This document shows, piece by piece, positions 1 through 12,666 of a DNA stretch of 64,000 nucleotides (the stretch's first letter is position 1; each line of letters opens with the position of its first letter). The notes beneath the pieces were generated by a model. That model made no database searches, was not told the DNA's origin, and saw only the letters and a list, made by a program, of their open reading frames with translations. The position numbers were made by a program, and so were the translations under genes. Origin of the DNA: Eledone cirrhosa (taxonomy: Eukaryota); NCBI GenBank assembly GCA_964016885.1, contig OZ024740.1, positions 49,228,001-49,292,000 of the forward strand, given 5' to 3'.

Positions 1-85
1 GCAGATATCGGATAAGAAGCACTCTACAGTTTGTAGGACTGGAGTATACATAATATATAAGAACAAAAGATGGTTAAAAGAGTTC

Positions 86-162
86 CATGTATTTTATTAT
101 GCGAATTTCAAAAACAAATATCATCATGCAATAATATTTGTGTTTTCATCAGATAAAACAGG
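86..162 (-). ncRNA. Type I hammerhead ribozyme (Naiad pLTR, sense-arm copy; stem III palindrome altered to TTCGCA)
   Basis: Minus strand reads ttttat-CTGATGA-aaacacaaata..atatttgttttt-GAAA-ttcgca-TA-ataaaa. Confidence 0.75.
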
Positions 163-995
163 AAGACATATGAAGGTTAAAAATCACTTGTGGATAGTTC
201 AGTTTTAAATCAACATATGAAAAGTAGTTTTAGATTGATGTGTGATATTGGGAAAAATATTTTATTTAGAGGGGGGGGGGGTTGGAAAGGATGAAAAAGA
301 GGAGGAGATGAGAGTAAAAATTGGAGAGGGAGAGAGTATAATGAGGAAGGATGAGATAGGAGGAGAGATGGGTGATAGAGAGAGAGAGAGAGATAGCTTT
401 TATAACTGAGAAAGATATATTGTTTTACATAGAGAGGTTGAAAACCGTTGGAAGATAATGTATAAATTAAAAGAATTTGAAAATTAACGAAGAGAAAGAT
501 AATGTAAAGTTAAGGTTTGTATATTGAGGGGTTTGATAATATGTGCGATGAAAAAGAAAATGTTAATATGTATTGAGAATAATAATATTTAAGGTTTAAT
601 AATATGTGCGATGTTAAGAAAATGTTGATATGTATTATTAAAAGGAATAACAGGTTATTTAAGTAAGGAAATATTGAGATGAGCATGAATGAGTTAGATG
701 AAAGGGAGAAAAGAATAATGAATTGAGGATGAATAATCTAACGTCAAAAAAATGTGTATATGTTTACGAAGGATTTTTACAAGGTGATATAGAGTAAGAG
801 TGTATTGTATTATGTAATAATTGATTCTATGTTAGGCAAGAGTGAGAAAAGGTACAGATTAGGGGTTAGACATTAAAAGAAGAAGAGAAGAAAGGGAAGT
901 GATAAATAGGGGCGATGTAGAATGAGTAACAAGTATTATAGAATGTATAATAACCTTTGAAATAAGGTAGAAAGATGGGTATATTTTTAAAAGAA

Positions 996-1096
<101 letters not shown>

Positions 1097-1136
1097 CCTT
1101 TGAGAAAAAGATTCTAAATTGATAAAGAATTGAATC

Positions 1137-2984
1137 TTAGCTGTATACTTTGTGAAATGTTTTATGGAATTTATGCAAGCAGATAGAAAACAAGTCAGTG
1201 CGTCTATTTATTATAGAATCTAAATTAGAAATAATGGTAAATTTTTCATTTAGACAGAGATTGCAAATTTTGGATAGAGAACTGTTCAAGTATGGAGACG
1301 CAGAAGAAACCTTCTTCCAAAAGATGCTATATTTAATATTTTTGTCTTTCAAGGACCATATGAGTTCTGAGAGAGCCGTGTTGGTTCTTTTAAGTTTGTA
1401 TTTAAAAGACGAATGATGGTTATAAAGACGAGCTTTAAAAGAGGTGGAAGTGGAGTCAAAATAGGTGAAGGAATTGGTGTCAGTTATAACTTTACATTCG
1501 TAAATTAAGTTTTTATCAAGACAATGGTTGTTGAGAGGACATTTATTTTTAATAGGGCAATTGCAATTGCGATTAGAGAGATTATTAATGAGTGACCTAG
1601 TGTTATCTATAGAAGGAATTGGATTGGAGAAGTTATTTGCGATAGGAATAATAGTTTCTTGATTTAGAATGGGATTAAGAACATTTAGCGAAGTTGTGTT
1701 TGACGTTGTATTTGGGTTTGTAGAAATTAGCCTAGGGTTTACAATGACGTCGGGAGTACTATTATTATGATATTCAGTGTTGGAAGGAAGAGATTTAGTA
1801 TTTAGTATTTTATTGTTGTGTTTAGAGATAATGTTGGAAATGTTGGAGGATGTAGAATAGGAAAATTTTATAGTGTGTTTGTTAAATATTTTACTATAGA
1901 TATGTGAGGGAGGGAAGCATTTATTTAAGCCACTAAAGAATAATTTAGGAATATTGTTATTAATAGAGATGGAGAAAGGAGCATTATACCAGATTATGTT
2001 TTTGTATCTAGGTCTTTTATTAAAGTTATTGGAATGATCATGATTAATTATTCTACTGTAATTTCTTCTAGAATTTGTTTCTTTACTATATTTGATTTTA
2101 TCAGGATAGCCGACTTTAGAAAGCGCGTTATTATAGTAATTGGCGTTAGTATCAAAGATGTTTTTATTAGAAGATAGGTTAGATATTCTTTTTCCAATAT
2201 TACTAACTATAGCATTCTTGATATTAGTAGGATGGTTAGATTTAAAGTTAACATAATTTAGGTTCTCATTGTTTTTATGGTAAGGGTAATATAGGCCAGT
2301 GTAAAGATTTAGAGATACATCCAAGAAATTAGCTAGTTTGATGCTGTTATCAAATTCAATTTTTAGGTTATGTTGGCTAAAGAGATTACGTATATTGTTC
2401 TTAATAATATTAAGGTTAACTATGTTGCAATTTAAGATAGTAAAGAGTCCATCGTCACGATAAATTCCCCCTCGAAGTTGAGGAATTTTCCGACTCAAAG
2501 AGTTCAAAATAAAGATACCAATTAAATCCGTCAATTGGGATGAATCGGATGCTCCCATTGTGATGTCGAAGTTGTTAGAGGTATCGGCTCTGGTCCAATA
2601 TTCGTTGTTGAACTCTAGGATGGTTTTACGTGCGATGAGAATGATGTGAAGTTCATCTGTGGTGATGTCAGAATATTTAAGTGCAAAAGATATAGCATTA
2701 TTGAGAAGTGAAGGCGAAATAGAAGAATAGTAGCTGGCAATATCAAATTGAACAAATTTTAGTTTGTTTTTATTATTCAATTTGTTGAACCAGCTAATCA
2801 CTTCAGAAGTACCAAACCATAAATTTAGGTTCAAAAAAGAGCAATTAGAACGAACCTGTGGGATAATTCTATCCAAGATGGCTTTACTAACAACCCCCAG
2901 ATCTGATTTAGAGGGGGCGATTAATCTAACAGGTAGTTCAGTGCGAAAATTGTTTTTGTGATCCTTGAGATTTATCCTCGGAGT
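1137..2984 (-). CDS. PLE reverse transcriptase + C-terminal GIY-YIG endonuclease (5'-truncated ORF)
   Basis: RT motifs LKDHK..F..RLI.P.KS, QFDIASYYSSI, FDITMGASDS, GGIYRDDGL, NFLDVSLNL, SNHP. EN region CNC..CPL..CL..LIY...TYFDST..FKARLYNH...CNLCLNEK..INRR, as in Naiad/Chlamys PLEs. The first ~18 aa of the track ORF (2985-3038) come from the inverted repeat, not from RT. Confidence 0.88.
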   Translation of the reverse strand, partial: TPRINLKDHKNNFRTELPVRLIAPSKSDLGVVSKAILDRIIPQVRSNCSFLNLNLWFGTSEVISWFNKLNNKNKLKFVQFDIASYYSSISPSLLNNAISFALKYSDITTDELHIILIARKTILEFNNEYWTRADTSNNFDITMGASDSSQLTDLIGIFILNSLSRKIPQLRGGIYRDDGLFTILNCNIVNLNIIKNNIRNLFSQHNLKIEFDNSIKLANFLDVSLNLYTGLYYPYHKNNENLNYVNFKSNHPTNIKNAIVSNIGKRISNLSSNKNIFDTNANYYNNALSKVGYPDKIKYSKETNSRRNYSRIINHDHSNNFNKRPRYKNIIWYNAPFSISINNNIPKLFFSGLNKCFPPSHIYSKIFNKHTIKFSYSTSSNISNIISKHNNKILNTKSLPSNTEYHNNSTPDVIVNPRLISTNPNTTSNTTSLNVLNPILNQETIIPIANNFSNPIPSIDNTRSLINNLSNRNCNCPIKNKCPLNNHCLDKNLIYECKVITDTNSFTYFDSTSTSFKARLYNHHSSFKYKLKRTNTALSELIWSLKDKNIKYSIFWKKVSSASPYLNSSLSKICNLCLNEKFTIISNLDSIINRRTDLFSICLHKFHKTFHKVYS

Positions 2985-3672
2985 TCTGTACCTTTTCTCA
3001 CTCTTGCCTAACATAGAATCAATTATTACATAATACAATACACTCTTACTCTATATCACCTTGTAAAAATCCTTCGTAAACATATACATTTTTTTGACGT
3101 TAGATTATTCATCCTCAATTCATTATTCTTTTCTCCCTTTCATCTAACTCATTCATGCTCATCTCAATATTTCCTTACTTAAATAACCTGTTATTCCTTT
3201 TAATAATACATATCAACATTTTCTTAACATCGCACATATTATTAAACCTTAAATATTATTATTCTCAATACATATTAACATTTTCTTTTTCATCACACAT
3301 ATTATCAAACCCCTCAATATACAGACCTTAACTTTACATTATCTTTCTCTTCGTTAATTTTCAAATTCTTTTAATTTATACATTATCTTCCAACGGTTTT
3401 CAACCTCTCTATGTAAAACAATATATCTTTCTCAGTTTTAAAAGCTATCTCTCTCTCTCTATCACCCATCTCTCCTCCTATCTCATCCTTCCTCATTATA
3501 CTCCTCCCTCTCCAATTTTTACTCTCATCGCCTCCTCTTTTTCATCCTTTCCAAACCCCCCTCTAAATAAAATATTTTTCCCAATATCACACATCAATCT
3601 AAAACTACTTTTCATATGTTCATTTAAAACTGAACTATCCACAAGTGATTTTTAACCTTCATATCATGTCTT

Positions 3673-3749
3673 CATGTTTTATCTGATGAAAACACAAATA
3701 TTATTGCATGATGATATTTGTTTTTGAAATGCGCATAATAAAATACATG
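3673..3749 (+). ncRNA. Type I hammerhead ribozyme with palindromic minimal stem III (TGCGCA)
   Basis: catgttttat CTGATGA (3683-3689), stem II ACAAATAT/ATATTTGT, GAAA TGCGCA TA, then ataaaatacatg completing stem I. Cleavage triplet AUA. Confidence 0.85.
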
Positions 3750-3807
3750 GAACTCTTTTAACCATCTTTTGTTCTTATATATTATTTATATATATATATA
3801 TATATAT

Positions 3808-4671
3808 GAAAAAGTATGACCGCGACAGCAGAGCTCAAGCCGTTTCGACGGCTATTTCTGGACTAAATTAGAATTTTTAGCCTGGTGAATAAATAGCCGA
3901 ACTTGTCAAGGGGGTACTTCCTTATATGGGAAGAGTGTAGTTGTCAAGAGGATTGGTTAAAATTTGTTGTAAACACAAATAAGTCTATCATGGCATTTGG
4001 TGCGTGGTAAGGGTGGCTGAACTTGCCCGTAGAACAATAGGGGAGTGAGTGGGGCGTTAAAGCGTTGAAAGTGATATGTATACAGCAGATTCTAAGGATA
4101 GTGTATGAAGTGGAGGAGGGAGGTTATAGAATTGGTAAATCGAATGAGAGTAGGAGACAATAAAAGATAGAAAGAAATAAAAAAAAAAATTAGATAGTGA
4201 GAAATGAATAAAACAATCACAATGCTATCTTACAATTACAGGTTAATAAGTTGAGAATAGAAAAAACTTGTAGAAATTGAATAGTAACAAAACTAATACA
4301 AAATTAAAGGGGTTTAACACATCTGCTATAAGTAGTTAGTAAAACGTATTCGGCCAATTCTATCTTAAAATTACAGGGGTGGGGGAACTGATGCTACAGA
4401 GGCCCGATGGGCTGCATCGGGGTAGGCGAAGGGGGAAAGCAGACGAGGAAGAAAATAGGGGGTGGAAGGAAGTGATAGGATGAGACAGGGGGAAGAAGAA
4501 GACAAAGAGGAAAAGAAAAGAGATACATCTACCTATGTAATCTGGGGCTTCCCCTAACTTATTCGGCAAGAGTGTGTGTGTAGGGGGTGGGGTGGTATCA
4601 GCCCTTAGCTACCCACCCGGGTCGTTATGGGGTTTGAGGGCGAGGTAAGTCCTACGCAATCTGTGTTTGCA

Positions 4672-4672
<1 letters not shown>
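3808..4672 (-). mobile_element. Non-coding hammerhead element, family A (diverged copy), between (TA)n tracts
   Basis: Shares its 3' hammerhead and several internal blocks with 11530-12774. No credible ORF. Confidence 0.75.
3819..3915 (-). ncRNA. Type I hammerhead, U3-A8 core variant (UUGACAA)
   Basis: Minus strand: accccc TTGACAA g tt CGGCTATTT..AAATAGCCG t c GAAAC GGC ttgagctct GCT GTC gcggt. Confidence 0.75.
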
Positions 4673-4705
<33 letters not shown>

Positions 4706-4707
<2 letters not shown>

Positions 4708-5197
4708 AATTAATATATCTAGTAACATATATATACACAGATGCATACTTATGATAGCAAATATATAGGTTTTGTCTTAGTAACTTTGTGGTTCAATGCA
4801 TGGGGATGCAGAACAATAATATGAGAGACGTAAAATAAGAAAATTATAAAATTAACTTACTTACTAAAATTTCACTCCAACTAATTAGTTTCTGAAAGGG
4901 AATAAACATAGTTTTTGAAGAAACGTACGGAGAAGTCTTTCGTCATCAGGGAAGTCTATTCTCAGCTAAGTTTCCAGGCAATACGTGGACACAGGGAACT
5001 TATACAAAAATAATTCAGTGGATGGAAAAAAGCAAAGCGTGGACTAAATTCCAAGCCATTGAAAAAATCACTGCCTACTGCGTCGGTGGCAAATTCAAAA
5101 GAATCAGTCACGTGACATCGAGGTCAATCAGTGAAGAGTGGTTTGTTAAGAAGACAGCGGCCGGACTGTTACTATAGTAGCAGTTTTGGCCAATTTA
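4706..5197 (-). mobile_element. Non-coding hammerhead element, family B (retrozyme-like), between (TA)n tracts
   Basis: Homologous along its length to 33994-34510 and 8341-8640. Confidence 0.8.
4874..4955 (-). ncRNA. Type I hammerhead, family B (palindromic stem III AACTAATTAGTT, long stem II)
   Basis: Minus strand: acttcc CTGATGA c GAAAG...CTTTC a GAAA CTAATTAG TT ggagt. Confidence 0.8.
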
Positions 5198-5212
5198 TAT
5201 ATATATATATAA

Positions 5213-5342
<130 letters not shown>

Positions 5343-5379
5343 TATACATATATACTTATGTGTGTGTACATCTAAATGT

Positions 5380-5380
5380 A

Positions 5381-5457
<77 letters not shown>
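5380..5457. repeat. (TATC)n microsatellite abutting the 5' end of a Tx1-like element
   Basis: Direct read. Confidence 0.97.
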
Positions 5458-5665
5458 GCCTGACGCGTGGAACATCGCCGGTAAGCCTTTTTGTAAATTT
5501 CTACACAAAAAAACTGAACAAATTGTTTGAAAAAACATATCATTTTGTAGATTAACCCCCAAGCTGAATAGTCAGCTGGGTGGTAATCCCATTTTTCGCC
5601 CCTCTAGGGGCGAAAATTTAATTAAAAAATTGTTTTAAAATATCAAATTTTGCCCACTATAAAAC

Positions 5666-7537
5666 ATGAATAGCTCGGAAAGAACGCTAGAGAACGTCGA
5701 CAGAGAGAAGAGAGGTAGAGAGGCAAATATTAACGTTATATCTGCTTCTGCTACTATGGACGCCGCCATGGATACGACTGTCAACAAAGAGAAAAAAATA
5801 TTACCACTTGAAGATTTTAAAATTTCTACCGTCGAAGCGAAGAAAAAAATAACACACAGGAAAACACAGGAATTAAACCTATTAACATACATACACATGA
5901 AAAAGACAACAACAACAACTCCATAGATACATCTACACATAAAGTTTCACCATTCAAGAAATTGAGATTTCCAACACCGAGGCTAACAACGATAACAACA
6001 ACAACAGCAACACCACACAAACAAATGTCGTTCGCTGAAACAGTGAACAAAAAACAAGATTTTATAAATCTTGACATCTCCAATGCAAGAGATATGCTCC
6101 AGCAAGGGAGAAGATTTGTAACTTTCGAAGACAAGGGTGGGTTTAGAATTAACTCAGCCCTCGAAATAAAAGAAGAGACAGTTCGCATGACAGTGACCTT
6201 CAGGACTGTCTCCGACACAACGAGAAAGCCAATATTTGTTCGTCAAGGAGATATAGAAGCCACCTTGAAGGAGACTCTATCAAATATTGACTTTCTCCAA
6301 CGAGGAAAACAGTACGGAAGTGTTTCCGTACTGTTTAAAAGCGAGGCACTCGCCAATGGTGTCAAAAGCATTCACCTTTTCCCTACGTACATGAGAAAAA
6401 GGACACACAAAAAAAAAATATATATACCACCAAACATTAACATCTGGTGGATCTTGGCTGGCTTCGTAGAGCCAGAGACTGATATGATTCTTTCGATACG
6501 AAAGTCTATTAGTCAAAGGTGTGCGGGTACTGATTTGGAGATTCTGATACAAATGGGGCCGGAGAGAATCTCCAAAATACCCGAAAAAGTCGTCATCGAC
6601 GACAACAACAAAATAAACATTTCGTTGGAGGGTCGTAAACTTCATTGCTTTCGCTGTGGTAGCACAGCACACCTAAATGCCTCCTGTCCTTCACAAACAC
6701 ACCACAACACAATATCATTAAAAAAACACTATTACCAACACCAACACCAAAACAACCACCACCACAAGTACAACAACAGGCGAAACGAGCAAACACACCA
6801 AAACAAACAGCCACTCAACCAACAACAACAGAAAAAACACAGACAACACCCCTGAAGAACACAGCCCCACCCCATCCCACTCCATGAAACACTACCACAA
6901 ACACACACACTGAAACACCACCACCACACAACATACCCCTACCCCAAACTCCTGACGATGATTATTCACCGACAGATGAGGCTGCTTCCCCTTCTTTAAG
7001 TGAAGAAGAAGGAGAGCCTCGGAAATCTAAAAAAACAAAAAAAAAGAGACACCACAAAACCCCCAAAACTCCAATCACCAATACCAACACACAACCACAG
7101 ACACAAACAACAACACAAACAACACCACAGTCAAACATCCCCCTACCAGCAAAACCAACACCAACACAATCCCAAACACAAGCACCCATCATAAAAAGAA
7201 AACTCCCGACGAACAACAAACTCAAACAACACAACAAAAACACAAACAACAATACGCATACAACAACACAAACAACAAGATGGAGGTCATCTCCCAAAAC
7301 CCCAAGGTGGAGACGGAGGGCAAAACTTTCGTCAAAGCAGAATCGTCTGCACACCTAAAACTAATACGTTTTTCGATAGAAACCTATCAGAAATTGAAAA
7401 AACAGTTTTCGCAGGATGTTGGCAACCTCTGTCCTATTAACCGCGTCTTATGAAAATGTTTCCCCACCCCACCCACCACCCTCACCAGAACTGAAATGGA
7501 GATTGAACAACCCGATCTCCAGGAAACGAAAAGGTAA
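5666..7537 (+). pseudogene. Tx1-like ORF1 (gag-like zinc knuckle), frameshifted
   Basis: Track ORFs 5666-5926, 5962-6855 and later fragments align by eye with ORF1 13790-15667, ending KR* at aggTAA. Confidence 0.8.
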
Positions 7538-7578
7538 GTGCACCTTTTCGTCCTTTTCGCCAACTCTTCTCCACCAAC

Positions 7579-8296
7579 ATGGCTAGTTTACGAGTTGGAA
7601 GCGTGAATGTGCGTGGCCTAGGGATGCCCTGGAAACAGGGCCAACTTTTAAACGACCTTAGGTCACACGGTATGGATGTGATAGCCATCACCGAGTCCAG
7701 GATCCACAACAGGCAGCAACTAACCCCATCTTCGACAACTTTGAGATCTACGCATCTCTCTGTCAGCCAGAAGTACAGCAAGTACACTTGGACCCGGAGG
7801 GTAGACTGGTAGTCCTAGACGTGAACAGTATTGGAGGTGGAGCCTTCAGACTGGAGGCCGTTTATGCCCCGACCGGGCAATCGCAATCACGGCCAGACTT
7901 CTTTAAGCGTTTAGAGTCTTTTCTGGGAACGTCTCGCTCCTTACTTTTTGTGGGGAACTGGAATGGTATCCTAGATGCACGATGGGACTATGTGGGAGCA
8001 TGTCCCAGTAGAGGGGGGGGGGGGGGGTGCAACAGACTCAAAACTTTAATCGGCCAATTCTAACTGGCCGATAGGTATCGACTGGATTTCCCGACTGCAC
8101 CACAGTGGACGTGGGCAAACCGCAGCGGGACATCTAGATCGTATTTAGATAGGTTCTTCATTAGAGAAAGGGGCAAGGAGATGTTAAGCTGTCCACGAAT
8201 GCACATGGTTGCCTATTCAGATCACAAATTAGTCGTCTGCATAGTCAACCGTGACAGAACACATAGACAGGGACCCGGATACTGGAAGCTGAACGT
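7579..8296 (+). pseudogene. Tx1-like ORF2 APE domain, frameshifted and truncated
   Basis: Track ORFs 7579-7812 and 7788-8063 match the N-terminus of 15701-19138. Confidence 0.85.
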
Positions 8297-8633
8297 GCCA
8301 TTTCGTCATCAGGAAGTCGTTCTCAGCTAAGATACCTGGCGATGTCACGTGATTGATTCTTTTGAATTTGCCACCGACCAAGTAGGCAGTGATTTTTTCA
8401 ATGTCTTGGAATTTAGTCCACGCTTGCTTTTTTCCATCCACTGAATTGTTTTTGTATAAGTTCCCTGTGTCCACGCATCGCCAGGTATCTTAGTTGAGAA
8501 CGACTTCCTGCTGACGAAATGGCTTCTCCATGTTTTCCATTTGGAAACCATGTTTATTCCCTTTCAGAAACTAATTAGCTGGAGTGAAATTTTAGTAGGT
8601 AAGTTAATTTTTATAATTTTCTTATTTTACGTC

Positions 8634-8640
<7 letters not shown>
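8297..8640 (+). mobile_element. Family B hammerhead element with short inverted 5' arm (8297-8344); hammerhead 8503-8585 mutated
   Basis: 8297-8344 is the reverse complement of about 8476-8523. The core reads CTGCTGA and the cleavage region GCT in the main arm, while CTGATGA is retained in the inverted arm. Ends in (TA)n. Confidence 0.8.
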
Positions 8641-8713
<73 letters not shown>

Positions 8714-8821
8714 TATATAATATACACTTGTATAGACATGCAATGTATTTAGATGTACACAGACATTAGTAAAAATATATAGATTTCACGCACGCAATTA
8801 AATACCTAAAATCGCAGGAAC

Positions 8822-9405
8822 ACATGTGCAGGTACAAACATGCAGGACTGTGTAATTGATGTTGTCTAAATTCTAATGAAAAGACATGTTTCTGAGCTGG
8901 TGATCGGTTCTTTCTCTGTTGGTTAAAATTGTTTTTAAAACAAAACCGGATATATAAGCAGAGTATACATAAACTTCAATGTGTTTTCCATAATATTCTC
9001 ATTAAATTATCTCTATATCTATCCCCGTGTGACATTTAAATATTAAGGAATTGTTCAGAAACAACATTTCACTGAAATATATTTCTTTTCCTTTGAAATA
9101 ACCATTTTCTTTTGTATTTATTGTTTTCTTCAATACCTTCATTACTCGAACATTTAATTAGATCTTGTGCTTTCAGTAATTTTTAATAATGAAGTCTTCC
9201 TTCTTTTAATGAATGTATTTCGCACGATTCTAAGTAATACGTCAACAAGTCAAATATAATACAAGGAATGATATTGATCTTTTGTAGCACACGTTTTGCA
9301 GAAACTGAAAATCTATTATTCCTACTACAGAATATGTATAAACATTCTTTTCTTACAATACGTATACCAAGATTCAAGAGTGAGTTTTAAATTCCTTTCT
9401 ATTCA
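8822..9405 (+). repeat. Inverted duplication, partner at 20754-21340
   Basis: Long near-identical reverse-complement match, e.g. tttcgcacgattctaagtaatacgtcaacaagtc vs gacttgttgacgtattacttagaatcgtgcgaaa. Confidence 0.9.
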
Positions 9406-9862
9406 GTTTTCCTTTGAGCACATTAGTCAGTATACTTCAATAAATAATTCCCAGTTGCATACAAAGCGCAGCTCGTTGATGAAAGTGAAAGTTTATAGAA
9501 AATGTCTAACCATTGTATTATCTGAATTCATCAGAGTAGCAATGTATTATATTATCTGGCATTGACTTTGAATCAAATAGGTGTGGGATCGATACTTATC
9601 GATATTTCAATTGTTTGTTTCATAGACACGTTTCTAGTACGATATTTGAAGCAGTGTTATCTAAACATGAGTAAAGAACCTTAAGGTATAAGGTGAAGAT
9701 CTTGTGGTACTTACGGCTATATAGACACGAGGGCGTCCATGATTATATATTTAGTAAACTTCCCCGCACTGGGTCACTCAATCTATATCTTGATTTACTA
9801 ACACTCCTACGTGATATGAACAAAGTAATGAAGAGCCTTAACAAAATACTTTTAAGCTGCTA

Positions 9863-10045
9863 ATTGGCAGTATCGATAGAGGGTCGGATGCCCTGCTTTG
9901 ACGCACAGAGTTACGGCCCTTGCCATTCTGAGTTCAAATCCAGCCGAGGTAAACTTTGCCTTTCATCCTTACGGGGTCGATAAAATAAAGTACCAGTAAT
10001 ACACTGGGTAATTGCTGGCCTTGTGTCAAAGGTAGAAACAATTAT
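9863..10045 (+). mobile_element. tRNA-derived SINE (Meta-like core)
   Basis: A-box-like TGGCAGTATCG, B-box GAGTTCAAATCC, core GCCTTTCATCCTTACGGGGTCGATAAAATAAAGTACCAG, tail GGCCTTGTG..GTAGAAACAATTAT. Confidence 0.85.
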
Positions 10046-10419
10046 CTATAATGTTTTATACTTATTTTCCATGCATCTGATGAGATAGGTACGGTTACGT
10101 CTTGAAACCGTGGTAATGAAGAAATAAGTCAAACTGTTAATATAAATGGCCTCAACTAACTTGCACATTATGTGTTGAGTGCTCTTTTCTTACGTTGGCA
10201 CACACACCTGCATACATATATATATATAAAAAAACATATATTTTTTAAATAAATATATATTTAAAAAAAAAGACTCCAGTTGCATTTTCGATTTCACCTT
10301 TTTTCCTTATATATATATATATATATAACGAAGGAAATGTGGTAAGGAACCAGGTGGATCATGACGCACCAAAGTACTCAATACTTAGGGTAGTAGAGTG
10401 GGTAATAGGAACCAGTAAG

Positions 10420-10513
10420 ACTCCGACGGCTGAGCTCAAGCCGTTTCGACGGCTAATTCTGGACTAAAAGGAAATTTATCCTGGTATTTAAATAGCCGAG
10501 CTTCTCAAGGGGT
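10420..10513 (-). ncRNA. Type I hammerhead, U3-A8 core variant (UUGAGAA)
   Basis: Mirror of 12667-12760, with one stem I mismatch (ggagt). Confidence 0.75.
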
Positions 10514-12666
10514 AATTCCATATATGGTCAAAGTGATTGTCAAAAGTTAGTAGTAATTCTGTGATGGCAAATTAGTAGGGGAGATGGTGGCTAAACCTGC
10601 CAGTAGGAGAAAAAGGGGGAGGGGTGGAGTAGATCCAATCATGCGTTGGTAGTGCCGGCTACAGCTGGGCATGAGGTCAAAGATGATACTGGGGGGGGGG
10701 GGGGAAGAAGTCGAAACGGTAGGTAGAACAGTGAGGGGTAAAAATATATCTATGAAAGAAAAAATACTGAGAGTGATGAAAAGCGAATAGGTGTAAAGAA
10801 AAAAGAATATATAAGCAAGTTCTACGACCTAAGTCTCTAGCTATTGTTAGGCTAGATAAATAAATAAATAAATAAAGAAGGAAATAAAGAAAGAAATAAA
10901 GAAATAACGAAATAAGTAAATAAACTAGGTGGGACGGAATAGGAAAGGACCCTTTTAAGAGGTATAAGTACGTAAATCATACGGTGACGGGTCAACAAAT
11001 GGGGCCAAAATACTAAAGAAACTACCACGAAATAAATAATAAAGGTTTCTACCCCGGGCACAAGGCCAGCAACCACCCAGTGCATAAAAGTAAACTAGTG
11101 CGAGATAATAATTCTGAGTCCCGAAAAAAATATACTAATGCTAACTCTAAAGGTACCGCCACGCTACAAAATTTCTTATACAAGCTACATGAAAGTTCGT
11201 ACGAAGTAAAGGTAGAATACGGAAAAATAAATTCGGAATCCACCCCGCCCAAAAGAAAAGAGAAGAAAGAAATACTGAAACGAGAAATCAAGGCATAAGT
11301 GCCACTAAGAAATATAGAAGGCACGGACAAAAGGGGGAGCGGTCGGAAAAGGGGGCAAGTATCCGAGGTCTAACACAACTGCTATAAAAAGCGGAGTCCG
11401 CCAAATCTATCATAGACTAGGGGAGGGGGTGGGGGTACTGAGGCTACAGGGGGCCAAAGGGCAGCTTCGGGAGGGCGAGAAAAAGACGCCGACAAAGAAG
11501 AAGAACTGGGGTAGAAGGACTAAGGAGGGATGGGTAGACTAGGGCTATAACACCCCACTTGCCGATTTTGCAATGGGTAACCCCTGCTTGCCAAGGGAGA
11601 CGTAAGATCTTCTTTTTATTCTTTTATCGCTTCCTTTATTTCTTTCTTCCCCCCCCATCCCTCCTTAGTCCTTCTACCCCAGTTCTTCTTCTTTGTCGGC
11701 GTCTTTTTCTCGCCCACCCGAGGCTGCCCTTTGACCCCCTGTAGCCTCAGTACCCCCACCCCCTCCCCTAGTCTATGATAGATTTGGCGGACTCCGCTTT
11801 TTATAGCAGTTGTGTTAGACCTCGGATACTTGCCCCCTTTTCCGACCGCTCCCCCTTTTGTCCGTGCCTTCTATATTTCTTAGTAGCACTTATGCCTTGA
11901 TTTCTCGTTTCAGTATTTCTTTCTTCTCTTTTCTTTTGGGCGGGGTGGATTCCGAATTTATTTTTCCGTATTCTACCTTTACTTCGTACGAACTTTCATG
12001 TAGCTTGTATAAGAACTTTTGTAGCGTGGCGGTACCTTTAGAGTTAGCATTAGTATATTTTTTTCGGGACTCAGAATTATTATCTCGCACTAGTTTACTT
12101 TTATGCACTGGGTGGTTGCTGGCCTTGTGCCCGGGGTAGAAACCTTTATTATTTATTTCGTGGTAGTTTCTTTAGTATTTTGGCCCCATTTGTTGACCCG
12201 TCACCGTATGATTTACGTACTTATACCTCTTAAAAGGGTCCTTTCCTATTCCGTCCCACCTAGTTTATTTACTTATTTCGTTATTTCTTTATTTCTTTCT
12301 TTATTTCCTTCTTTATTTATTTATTTATTTATCTAGCCTAACAATAGCTAGAGACTTAGGTCGTAGAACTTGCTTATATATTCTTTTTTCTTTACACTTA
12401 TTCGCTTTTCATCACTCTCAGTATTTTTTCTTTCATAGATATATTTTTACCCCTCACTGTTCTACCTACCGTTTCGACTCCCCCCCCCCAGTATCTTCTT
12501 TGACCTCATGCCCAGCTGTAGCCGGCACTACCAACGCATGATTGGATCTACTCCACCCCTCCCCCTTTTTCTCCTACTGGCAGGTTTAGCCACCATCTCC
12601 CCTACTAATTTGCCATCACAGAATTACTACTAACTTTTGACAATCACTTTGACCATATATGGAATT

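Larger units (their letters stand above)
5458..8296 (+). mobile_element. Decayed, 3'-truncated Tx1-like LINE (relative of 13555-19353)
   Basis: Frameshifted ORF1 pieces (zinc knuckle CFRCGSTAHLNASC, TVTFRTVS) and APE pieces (LRVGSVNVRGL, DPEGRLVVLDV, VGNWNGILD, SYLDRF, SDHKLV, GPGYWKLN) collinear with the intact copy. It is cut by a family B element at 8297. Confidence 0.9.

Noticed and set aside
1137-1600. Selenoprotein/SECIS reported for some Naiad elements
   Set aside because: The ORF has no in-frame TGA, and I could not identify a SECIS by eye.
11365-11480. Twister or HDV-like ribozyme in family A conserved blocks
   Set aside because: The required pseudoknot pairings and catalytic residues could not be placed. 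Kept only as an unknown motif.
10852-12336. Mirrored 72-93 aa ORFs in the large inverted repeat
   Set aside because: Duplicated only because of the fold-back. They have no motifs and are not conserved in the 3808-4672 relative.
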